A DNA stretch of 64,000 nucleotides from Clostridiales bacterium. GTDB taxonomy: Bacteria > Bacillota > Clostridia > Christensenellales > UBA1242. The stretch covers positions 11,860 to 75,859 of the forward strand of contig SVIQ01000001.1 of assembly GCA_015069415.1 (NCBI GenBank), given 5' to 3'. Of this stretch, positions 38,645 through 47,212 are shown piece by piece (the first letter of the stretch is position 1; each line of letters starts with the position of its first letter). Made by a program: the position numbers and the translations under genes. The notes beneath the pieces were generated by a model, which did no database searches, had not been told where the DNA came from, and worked only from the letters and a program-made list of their open reading frames with translations.

Positions 38645-39157
38645 ATCTTCTCCTAAAACATTTTCGACAACCCAATTATACTAACAAATACTAAAAAAAC
38701 AAAGGATTTTTGACGTTTTCCTCTCTAAACTTGAAGCCTAAAAAGTAGAATATATTTTCACTCTCTATTTTGAATAGAAAAACAACTCTACTCACAGTAG
38801 AATCAATCAAAAAACTACTTATTTTAAGCAGTTTTTAAGTATCTAAATTTTCTAATTTAATTCTATTAAAGAATTTAAAACATTTCTAAAATTTAAGATA
38901 ATTTGACTAAATTTTATTAAAATATTCAAAATAGCAGTCTTTAATCTAAATCTTTTTGCATTAAAATTAGTTTTTCCCAAACATTAATTCATTTTTTTAT
39001 CCTACAAAATAATAACATACCACAGTAAACCCAGTCAAACCTTTAAGAAAAAAAAGATTTTGTCAAATTTAATGAAGATTGAACAATGAAAAATGAAGAA
39101 TTAGAAAATCACTTTAAACTTTCCGCAATTCTTCATTATTCACTCTTAACTATTCAT

Positions 39158-39184
39158 TAAAAAACTCAGGATTTATCCTGAGTG
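39158..39184 (-). terminator. terminator ~165 nt downstream of the 39350-39928 gene
   Basis: ACTCAGG/CCTGAGT hairpin with a T6 run on the minus strand. Confidence 0.65.
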
Positions 39185-39349
39185 ATTTTCTGCGCCCGGA
39201 GTGGTTCCGTTTTTTATCCACTTCAGCACATATCAAACATTATTTAAGGTGTAATTTTCTTGTAAATTTTATACTTCCAAACACATTAAATCTTCAAATT
39301 TTGAGTTTATGGAAAATGTTTGAGATCTTTAAATTGAAATGTTGAAAGA

Positions 39350-39928
39350 TTATTTTTTATCAATTCCAAAACATTCTACAAATAACTTCTTACCAACATA
39401 ATTATTGATATCAATGTTTTTGTTTCTATAATATTCATTCCAATAACTAACCATTCTTGAATTTGCTTTTTGCATATAGTCTTTATTAATTGAACAAAAT
39501 TTCTTTAAATCTACACAATCCTTATTTGAGAAATAAGAATATAAATTATCTAAAATTTCAATCACATAACTATCAGCTAATTTAATTATATATGGCAAAC
39601 ACCAATCTTCATAACCTAAATTTAGAATTTGATTTACACTCTTTTGTCTAATATATCCATCACAACATCTTGTAAAAATACAAAAATAAATCAATTGTTG
39701 AGTTGTGTTCAATTTTTTAATATCTCTACAATCTTTGTAATACACTCTTTCAGGCAATGCAATAATTTCACCATTTGATAATGTGAAGTTTATGAAACCA
39801 GAAATATTATCTGCAATTGAATTTTCAAGATATGATTCATTACTAATTAGTTTTGAGACAACTAAAACATCTTCTTTTAAACTAGCAGGAAATGCTTTAA
39901 TCAATATTTCCAAATCATTTCTATCCAT
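39350..39928 (-). CDS. hypothetical protein (192 aa)
   Basis: ATG at 39928 follows AAGGAG; no motif recognised. Confidence 0.5.
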   Translation of the reverse strand: MDRNDLEILIKAFPASLKEDVLVVSKLISNESYLENSIADNISGFINFTLSNGEIIALPERVYYKDCRDIKKLNTTQQLIYFCIFTRCCDGYIRQKSVNQILNLGYEDWCLPYIIKLADSYVIEILDNLYSYFSNKDCVDLKKFCSINKDYMQKANSRMVSYWNEYYRNKNIDINNYVGKKLFVECFGIDKK

Positions 39929-40013
39929 ATAGATCTCCTTGTTGGTTATTTTAACACAAATTTTATAATCTTTCAAGGTTTATTTTTAAAAATTCTCAAC
40001 TTTTGCAAGAAAT

Positions 40014-40043
40014 GAAAAAAGACTTAGGCTGATTCCTAAGTCT
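40014..40043 (-). terminator. tRNA-Asn terminator
   Basis: GACTTAGG/CCTAAGTC hairpin with a T-run on the minus strand. Confidence 0.75.
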
Positions 40044-40047
40044 TATT

Positions 40048-40122
40048 TGGCGCCCCGAGTAGGGCTCGAACCTACAACCTATCGGTTAACAGCCGAGTGC
40101 TCCACCATTGAGCTATCGAGGC
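40048..40122 (-). tRNA. tRNA-Asn (anticodon GUU), CCA encoded
   Basis: GCCTCGA acceptor, anticodon loop CTGTTAA, GTAGGTTCGAGCCCTAC T-arm, 75 nt. Confidence 0.85.
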
Positions 40123-40143
40123 ATTTTTGTTGACAACGCTTTT

Positions 40144-40172
40144 ATATTACTACATTTTTAAGACATTGTCAA
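40144..40172 (-). promoter_or_regulatory. tRNA-Asn promoter
   Basis: Minus strand: TTGACA, 17 nt, TAATAT. Confidence 0.6.
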
Positions 40173-40190
40173 CAATTTTTGTTAAGTTTT

Positions 40191-42395
40191 TTAAATTTTT
40201 GTTAACTTTTTAAATAAATCATATCTATTTAACAAATCTAGATAATTTACTTTAATTAAAGCATTTTTTACTTCCGCTCTAAACATTTCCACAACTTCAT
40301 CATCAACTTCTTCGTCTTTTATATAATTTTTAAAATCGTAAGTATGAACATGATTAGAGAAAACTCCTCCAGTGTTAGAATAATAGATTGTCATGTCGTA
40401 CCATTCTCCATTATGTTCATAAACATAATCGGCTGGTCTAAACAGACTATGACCAACATAGAAATTCTCATTAAACGGAACTCCTAAAAGTTCTAACAAT
40501 GTTGGTATTATATCATATGCAGAAGTAAATCTGTCGTTTACAATATATTTTGTTTTTGTGTTGTCTGACATTACTGAAGTGTTGTAATTTTTTAATCCCG
40601 GACTTGAAATTATGCAAGGAATAGTGTTTACATCTCTACTTGAAACATCTCCTAAGTCTAAACCTTTAAAGATATTGGTCAACTGATCGTAGTAAGCATA
40701 GTGATCTGAGAACAAGCAAATTGTAGTTTTATCTTCAATACCATACTCTTTTAGCTGATTTACAATCACACCAATCGCATCATCAAGACCTTTTACTCCA
40801 CAGTAATAAATTAAGAGTTCATCACAGAAACCGTTGTATTCATCTCCATAGTTATCTAGCAATCTTTGATAAAATTCAGTGTAAGTTAAATCATCTTTAT
40901 CTTTGTCTTCATCTAGCTCGTAATTGCCTTTTTTGTTAATTACGCAATCATCTTCACCATACTTCAACAAATCATAATATTTGATAACATCCCCGTCATA
41001 CTTGTTGTCTTTCATTTTGTACGAACCATGAGATGACACGTTTAAATAGAACGAATAGAAAGGATTTTCATTGTAATTTTTTGGAACAATGTAATCAATT
41101 GCATTTTCTGCAAACTTTCCTTCCGCGTCCCATCTGTTCCATTTTAGTTCATTTCCAGTGTAAACATGATCGCCATTTTCATCTTTGATTCCGTCTTTAC
41201 CAACAACAACATCAAAACCTAACTTTTCATGAGTTTTGTTTCTGTTGTAGAATGTAATTTCATTTGAATGAATGTAACTTGTTGTGTAACCTAATCTGTT
41301 CAACATATTAGGCATTGCAAATCCCATTGTTGTTTCATCACGGTTGTTTAAAACGTCTGTCATGCTTCTTCCAACCGGATAACTTCCAATTATTCCAAAG
41401 CCTTCACTAATATTAGTTTTTGATTTAGCATAGAAATTTTTTAGTCTCAACGAATCATTACCCTGATTTGAATTTGTTGTGTCAGATTCGTAATCGTCTC
41501 CATACATTAAAGCGTAAATGTTTGGAGCAATCTCTGGTGACATATTTTCAAAAGTAGGGTCATGAGTTCCATCGCTAAAACCAAACCACTCAAGAGATTC
41601 CATCATAACAACAATAACATTATTGCCTTTATCTACTCCGAAAACATCTTCGTTTCTATTTCCAGCAGTGCCATACATTGAGCCATTTTCGAAGTATTTA
41701 ATTGTTGTCTGCTCCATGACTTCATTTTCCCAGTTGACTTGATTAACTATCAAATTTGCAAAATAACCAAATGTTCCAAACTTTTGATAACTTTGAGTTT
41801 TTAAGAAAATGGTGTTCATCAAGAATGAATCACTGTTAATGTAATTTTCGTCAGTAATCAGCGCTTCTGATTTTACTTTACCTCTAACTTGAAAATATCC
41901 AGCCAAACTAAAACATTGAACAGCTATCATTAAAAATACCACAAAGACTGAATAATGTTTTTTTACACTGATTTTTTCTTTTGCAACAAATTTATAAACT
42001 AAGAATCCGCACAATATTAAAGCGATAGCAATAGCGATGAGTTGCAAAATAATTGTAAAGTAAAGGAAGTTTGAAGTCATTGCCAATGTTGCTTCTTTTA
42101 AAAGTCTTATCATATCAATAGAGAACATATCTCCGTATATCATAAGAAGTGAATAGTTTACATAAATCAGGAAAACTTGAACAAGAATTAGCAAACTGTA
42201 AATTATGTACTGAGCTAAATAATTAGGCACCAAATATACAACCATTGCAAGCATCAAAATAATGCTGAAATTATACAAAAAATATTCTGGCACCACTCCA
42301 AATTCTAGAAACCTAAATGTGATAAGTTCTAGCAAAAGTGCCGACAAAACATAATATAAAACCAATAATAACTTGTTGCTTAAAGCTTTTAACAT
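40191..42395 (-). CDS. ltaS: LTA synthase family (sulfatase-fold) membrane protein
   Basis: Five or more N-terminal TM helices plus an extracellular alkaline-phosphatase/sulfatase-type domain (VVMMESLEWF, SSHGSY). Confidence 0.7.
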   Translation of the reverse strand: MLKALSNKLLLVLYYVLSALLLELITFRFLEFGVVPEYFLYNFSIILMLAMVVYLVPNYLAQYIIYSLLILVQVFLIYVNYSLLMIYGDMFSIDMIRLLKEATLAMTSNFLYFTIILQLIAIAIALILCGFLVYKFVAKEKISVKKHYSVFVVFLMIAVQCFSLAGYFQVRGKVKSEALITDENYINSDSFLMNTIFLKTQSYQKFGTFGYFANLIVNQVNWENEVMEQTTIKYFENGSMYGTAGNRNEDVFGVDKGNNVIVVMMESLEWFGFSDGTHDPTFENMSPEIAPNIYALMYGDDYESDTTNSNQGNDSLRLKNFYAKSKTNISEGFGIIGSYPVGRSMTDVLNNRDETTMGFAMPNMLNRLGYTTSYIHSNEITFYNRNKTHEKLGFDVVVGKDGIKDENGDHVYTGNELKWNRWDAEGKFAENAIDYIVPKNYNENPFYSFYLNVSSHGSYKMKDNKYDGDVIKYYDLLKYGEDDCVINKKGNYELDEDKDKDDLTYTEFYQRLLDNYGDEYNGFCDELLIYYCGVKGLDDAIGVIVNQLKEYGIEDKTTICLFSDHYAYYDQLTNIFKGLDLGDVSSRDVNTIPCIISSPGLKNYNTSVMSDNTKTKYIVNDRFTSAYDIIPTLLELLGVPFNENFYVGHSLFRPADYVYEHNGEWYDMTIYYSNTGGVFSNHVHTYDFKNYIKDEEVDDEVVEMFRAEVKNALIKVNYLDLLNRYDLFKKLTKI

Positions 42396-42481
42396 ATTTA
42401 ATATTATAAATCTAATGTGTTATTTTGTCAAATTTATTTCATACAATTGCAAAATATTGTTTTATTTGATATAATTCTAGT

Positions 42482-43390
42482 ATGTTTAACTGGTTTAAAA
42501 ATAATCACAAAGTTTTAGTACCTAACGATTTTAGCGACGGACTTTTAACAAGCCTTTTTGCTAAAGTAAAAGTCGGCTCTAAGCTTGTAGTTCCTGAAAA
42601 TTCTATATGTTTTGTTAGTTTTCATGACAAAGATTATGCTACTCTAACTTCTGGTTCATACGAATTTACTAGGTCTAATTTTGCGTCTCTTTTTGAAAAG
42701 CAAACGAACAAAAAAACAGAATTAAAAGAGTTAAATGTTGATTTATTCTTTTTAAATTTAACAAGTTTTTCAAGAACGTACTCTTTTAAAGAAAAGTACA
42801 AAATCAACAATCAAACTTGTAAATTGACATTTTCTCTAGATTTAGATTTAAAAATTTCTAATGAAGAAAAATTTAAAAGCTTAATTTTAGGTGAAGTTGC
42901 CTTTGCTAGTGCTAAAATAACTGATGAAATCTTAAATGAATATTTTTACATTTTCCTTAAAAATTTCTTTTTAAGAAAAAAATTTTCTTATCTTTCTTTA
43001 GAAGCAGAAGAAAAAGAGGAATTTAACAAAAAACTTATTATTTACGCAAGCAAAATCGGACTAGAAATTAGTAATATTAATTTGCAAATAACATCAAACA
43101 CTCCAGTTAAAGAAAAACCAATTTCAATCTTTAATAAAAAACAAAAAAGTGATGAACCTCAAAGCATCTTTTCAAATTCTCAAGAAACAACAAAAAACAA
43201 TGAGACTTTATCCGTTGAAAAAGAAGAAAATGCTAAAAAAGACATTTCTGAAATAAAAGAAAATCAAACGGAAACTATTGACGAAGAAGTCGCAAAAGAA
43301 TATAATAAGATTGATGTTTGTCCGAATTGCAAACGTAAAATTATTAAAGGATCAATATTTTGCCACATTTGTGGTTACAATTTAATTTAG
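42482..43390 (+). CDS. SPFH/Band7-like (YdjI-type) protein with C-terminal zinc ribbon
   Basis: The N-terminal pattern resembles the Band_7_1 family. The C-terminus is CPNCKRKIIKGSIFCHICG. Confidence 0.45.
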   Translation: MFNWFKNNHKVLVPNDFSDGLLTSLFAKVKVGSKLVVPENSICFVSFHDKDYATLTSGSYEFTRSNFASLFEKQTNKKTELKELNVDLFFLNLTSFSRTYSFKEKYKINNQTCKLTFSLDLDLKISNEEKFKSLILGEVAFASAKITDEILNEYFYIFLKNFFLRKKFSYLSLEAEEKEEFNKKLIIYASKIGLEISNINLQITSNTPVKEKPISIFNKKQKSDEPQSIFSNSQETTKNNETLSVEKEENAKKDISEIKENQTETIDEEVAKEYNKIDVCPNCKRKIIKGSIFCHICGYNLI

Positions 43391-43398
43391 GAGATATT

Positions 43399-43587
43399 AT
43401 GAAAAAATTTAAGAAAACAGACATTATCGCATACGTACTTGAAAATCACAAAAACGCTGAAGAAATTTTAACTTCTTTCGGTCTTCATTGTTTGTACTGC
43501 CCTTGCGCACAAATGGAAACACTTGAAGAAGCTTGTTCTGTTCACGAAATTGATGTTGAGGAACTTTTAAAAGCTTTAAATAAGTAA
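43399..43587 (+). CDS. DUF1858-type small redox-disulfide protein
   Basis: GLHCLYCPCAQMETLEEACSVHEIDVEELL. ATG at 43399 follows AGGAG; the track start at 43360 sits inside the previous gene. Confidence 0.6.
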   Translation: MKKFKKTDIIAYVLENHKNAEEILTSFGLHCLYCPCAQMETLEEACSVHEIDVEELLKALNK

Positions 43588-43615
43588 AAAAATTTTACAA
43601 ACCTTTAAAACTTAC

Positions 43616-43647
43616 AAAAAAGATGTTCACAATGAACATCTTTTTCT
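43616..43647. terminator. bidirectional terminator
   Basis: AGATGTTCA/TGAACATCT hairpin flanked by an A-run and a T-run. Confidence 0.8.
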
Positions 43648-43648
43648 T

Positions 43649-44560
43649 TTAGACAAGCTTTTTTGTTGCCATCATGTAATAACAACTGATTTTATACCCA
43701 GCATTACCATATAATTTGTCTAGTCCGGAATACGTATAACTTAGACTTGCGTTTTTCAATCCGATATCATGCAGATACTTTGTACCTAATATAACCATAT
43801 TCGTACCAATTCCTTGATGAGTTTCTGAAAATCTCACACAAGTGCAACCTACGTTGCCTAAATCTTTTGCTTCTGTTTCAACTGAAACAATAATGCAACC
43901 AACTATTTTATTTTCTTTTTCTGCAATAAGAACTTTTTTATTGCTAGTTTCTTGATAAAACTGTTCATTTTTATAATACTTAGAAAATTTTTCATCTTGA
44001 TACTGGCATGCATCATCAGCGCAATCCACTATTTCTTCCATGTCTTTTATGTTAGCCCATCTATATTTTACATTTTTTATTGTATCGTTTATTGAATTTT
44101 CAAATTGGTTAAAATTGCTTAATTTCATCTTCATATCAAAGCAATTACAATCCCATGAATGATAATAACCTCTTTTTTCAAAAAATGTACTTGCAATATC
44201 ATCTACTTCTTTAACCAAGCACTCATTAACTGAATCATAATATTTTTTACTTGTTGGTACTCCCGGCATTAAATAATTAAATCCTACCCCAACTATAACA
44301 TTATTATATCCATTGTTTTTTATTAAATTTTCAGATTCTTTTAATAACTCTGCACCAATACCTTTGTTTCTGTATTTTTTATCAACGAAAAAGAATAATA
44401 TCGTGTTTTTATTAATAACAGAAATTGCTATTAGATTATTTCCATCATCTCTTCTTTCTATGAAATAATTATTTTCGTTGCTTAGAATTTCTTTTATTGT
44501 TTTTTCTTCTCTATTGATATATGAAAATTCTTCTCTAAAAATTTTTATTATTTCATCCAT
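43649..44560 (-). CDS. GNAT-family N-acetyltransferase (two GNAT-like halves)
   Basis: FFVDKKYRNKGIGAELL (acetyl-CoA loop), with a second half containing HQGIGTNM. Confidence 0.6.
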   Translation of the reverse strand: MDEIIKIFREEFSYINREEKTIKEILSNENNYFIERRDDGNNLIAISVINKNTILFFFVDKKYRNKGIGAELLKESENLIKNNGYNNVIVGVGFNYLMPGVPTSKKYYDSVNECLVKEVDDIASTFFEKRGYYHSWDCNCFDMKMKLSNFNQFENSINDTIKNVKYRWANIKDMEEIVDCADDACQYQDEKFSKYYKNEQFYQETSNKKVLIAEKENKIVGCIIVSVETEAKDLGNVGCTCVRFSETHQGIGTNMVILGTKYLHDIGLKNASLSYTYSGLDKLYGNAGYKISCYYMMATKKLV

Positions 44561-44600
44561 ATTCTTAATCCACCTTTTTAGATTATATCTTAATTACTTT

Positions 44601-46379
44601 TTAAATGTTTTCGCTTAAGAACATTTTCTTGAATTGTTCATTCTTTTCGAACAGTTCGTTAAACGTTCCGCTATCACAAATTTTTCCGTTTTCCAAGAAA
44701 TAAATCTTGTCAACATTTTTAATCGTTGAAAGTCTGTGAGCAACAATAACAATTGTATGCTGTCCTTTCATGTTTTCAATACTTTTTTGAATATGACTCT
44801 GAGCGAAATTGTCAAGCGAACTTGTGCTTTCATCAAACAAAATGATTTTCGATTGCTTTAATAATGCTCTTGCAATAGCAAGTCTTTGACGTTGTCCTCC
44901 AGAAAGTTTTACACCACTTTCTCCTACTTTCGTATCGATTCCTTTTGGCATAGCTTTTACGTCTTCGTCAAACGAAGCTCTGTGTAAAACTTCCCAAATT
45001 TCATCATCAGTCGCATCTTTCTTTACAAGTAACAAATTCTCTTTAATTGTCATGTCGAAAATGTAAGGAAATTGATTTATTAGTGAAATATTTTCTTTTA
45101 AACTAAACTTAGAGATTTTCTTAATGTTAATATCATCTATTTTTATTTCACCTTTATCAGCTTCATTAAGCTTTGCAATTAAAGATAAAATCGTACTTTT
45201 TCCGCTACCAGATTTTCCAACAAAAGCAACAGACGTGTTAGGTTCAACAACAAATGACAACTCTGTAAAAATAGGCTCTTTCTTTTCCATTTCTACTGTT
45301 TGTTTTTTCTTAGATTCTTCATCTTCTTTTTCTTTTACTTCTGCGTAAGCAAATTGAACATTCTTAAATTCAATTTTACCCTTAGAATTTTTTAATACCT
45401 TATTACCAAATTTTTCTGCAGGATACTTCGTTTCATCAAACATAGCAAACATTCTTGAGCAACTTACAGAAATTTCTGTAAATCCTTTTATAATGGCTCC
45501 CACACTCCAACATAAATAATATAAGTTACCTCTGTAAGAATAAACCAAAATGTATGTAGCCAATGTTATAATGTCAAGTTTCATTAAAGAAATTCCGACA
45601 GCTAAAATTATAATACCAAAAACTTCTAATAATAAATTTCTAGTGTTCCAAAAGCTAGTTTGAACAACATTTTGCTTGATCTTTTGTTTTTTGTAAGCTT
45701 CAAAAGACATATCTGTAGATTCAAACAACTTTTCTTCAAGACCTAAAGCCTTAATGTCCTTTTCACTTTCTACTATTTCATTTACTAACGAATAAGTTTT
45801 GTCATTAATCTTTTTACTTTTTGTGAGTTGCTTTTTATTTATTTTTGCACCAACAGTTTCAACAGTGAAACATACGATCAATGTAAACACATACAACAAG
45901 CCAATTATCCAATTAAGTGAAATTATGTAAGCAACAATAATAAAATTTGTAAACGTTTCTGCCATAGATTCAACAACTGTGCTTAATTTGTCTAGAATAT
46001 CTTTTGGATCATTCATAATTCTTTGAACAAAAGTTCCCGAATTATTATTTGTAAATGTTGATGTTGAAAGTTCAAAACTTCTTTTTGTTAAATCTTTAGC
46101 CATTTCTTTCCAAATAATGTTAGCATATTTTATGTAGTGACAATAATTGTACCACCATGAAAATCTGCATATTACTGTAGCTGAACCAGCTAAAATTAAA
46201 AATCTTACAGCTTCGTAATATTTCCCAATTGTAACTCGAGATAAAAAGTTAGCAAACAACAAAGTACTTGCACCTGAGCTCGCGCACGCAAGAATAAGTG
46301 TTAAAATATAAACAAACACTGCAATTTTATGTTTGTTTAAATACAATCTAATATTTTTCTGATTTTTATTTTTTTCCAT
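44601..46379 (-). CDS. ABC exporter, fused permease/ATPase (MsbA/LmrA-like half transporter)
   Basis: Six-TM domain, GKSGSGKST Walker A, LSGGQRQR signature and ILFDESTSSLD Walker B. Confidence 0.85.
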   Translation of the reverse strand: MEKNKNQKNIRLYLNKHKIAVFVYILTLILACASSGASTLLFANFLSRVTIGKYYEAVRFLILAGSATVICRFSWWYNYCHYIKYANIIWKEMAKDLTKRSFELSTSTFTNNNSGTFVQRIMNDPKDILDKLSTVVESMAETFTNFIIVAYIISLNWIIGLLYVFTLIVCFTVETVGAKINKKQLTKSKKINDKTYSLVNEIVESEKDIKALGLEEKLFESTDMSFEAYKKQKIKQNVVQTSFWNTRNLLLEVFGIIILAVGISLMKLDIITLATYILVYSYRGNLYYLCWSVGAIIKGFTEISVSCSRMFAMFDETKYPAEKFGNKVLKNSKGKIEFKNVQFAYAEVKEKEDEESKKKQTVEMEKKEPIFTELSFVVEPNTSVAFVGKSGSGKSTILSLIAKLNEADKGEIKIDDINIKKISKFSLKENISLINQFPYIFDMTIKENLLLVKKDATDDEIWEVLHRASFDEDVKAMPKGIDTKVGESGVKLSGGQRQRLAIARALLKQSKIILFDESTSSLDNFAQSHIQKSIENMKGQHTIVIVAHRLSTIKNVDKIYFLENGKICDSGTFNELFEKNEQFKKMFLSENI

Positions 46380-46380
46380 A

Positions 46381-46422
46381 AAAAAAATCCTCCCAATGTT
46401 TAATTTCGCTTACATGAAAGGA
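46381..46422 (-). terminator. attenuator hairpin that contains the ABC-gene SD
   Basis: Minus strand: UCCUUUCAUGU...ACAUUGGGAGGA followed by U8, running directly into the ATG at 46379. Confidence 0.65.
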
Positions 46423-46440
46423 CACCGTGATCGACAAAAT

Positions 46441-46503
46441 TTAGGCCTTATCACATAAGCATTTAATAATATTTAATTGATTTTTAATCATTAATTTGCT
46501 CAT
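46441..46503 (-). CDS. leader peptide MSKLMIKNQLNIIKCLCDKA
   Basis: AAGGAGGG SD 7 nt upstream; it lies between the consensus promoter and the attenuator hairpin. Confidence 0.5.
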   Translation of the reverse strand: MSKLMIKNQLNIIKCLCDKA

Positions 46504-46538
46504 GATAAAGAGCCCTCCTTGTTTAGTTTAATATTTTC

Positions 46539-46567
46539 ATTATATTCTTTAAAGTTTCAATTGTCAA
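46539..46567 (-). promoter_or_regulatory. promoter of the leader / ABC exporter
   Basis: Minus strand: TTGACA, 17 nt, TATAAT. Confidence 0.65.
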
Positions 46568-46701
46568 CATTTTTTTTAAAATTTTTTAACTTTAATAAAC
46601 TATAAAATTTTTTACATTGAAAATTTTTACTAAAACATTTTCTTTAAATTTTGAATAATATGTTGTAGAACACTCTATGTGTTCAAAATAAAGGAGAAAA
46701 C

Positions 46702-47052
46702 ATGAATTACTACAATTCAAGAAATTTTGGAAATTGCAACTGTGAAAAAGACTACAACGGCAATTTTAGACATGATGAAAATTACAATAGTTATGACAAC
46801 TGTAATGACGATTACAATAAAAAACATGATTATAATAACTGTCATAAAAATCAAGAATATTTTTGCTGTTACCCTAGTTACTGCGATGATAGAAATGATG
46901 ACAATTTTGAAGACAAAAAAGATTGTTGCAACAAAAAAAGAGGTTGCTGTCGCCAATGGGAAAATGAAAACAACTGTGATGACAAAAAACAAAATTCATG
47001 TCAACACAAAAAATGTTGTTTTTGGTGTTGCTTTAAAAGATTTCACTTTTAA
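46702..47052 (+). CDS. Cys/Asn/Asp/Lys-rich low-complexity protein
   Basis: AAAGGAG SD. I count 17 Cys in 116 aa, several as CC pairs. No signal peptide or TM helix. Confidence 0.5.
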   Translation: MNYYNSRNFGNCNCEKDYNGNFRHDENYNSYDNCNDDYNKKHDYNNCHKNQEYFCCYPSYCDDRNDDNFEDKKDCCNKKRGCCRQWENENNCDDKKQNSCQHKKCCFWCCFKRFHF

Positions 47053-47212
47053 CTGATTAAAAAAGGTAGTCAAACGGCTACCTATACATATAAATTTAAA
47101 TTTTTAATGTTTTCTCTTTTACTAATTCAAAAAATAAATATTAAATCGTTAAAATAATGAAAATACTTTGTATTTTATTATTTTTTTATTATAATAACAT
47201 TAAGGGGTGAAT

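Noticed and set aside
39086-39160. 24-codon plus-strand ORF (MKNEELENHFKLSAILHYSLLTIH) in the 700-bp gap
   Set aside because: It has no SD, and the only nearby terminator is oriented for the minus strand. It is indistinguishable from a chance ORF in AT-rich DNA.
46717-47056. Overlapping ORFs 46717-46992 (-) and 46727-47056 (+)
   Set aside because: These are alternative frames of the Cys-rich gene, kept open by its skewed composition. Only the 46702 frame has an SD and a sensible start.
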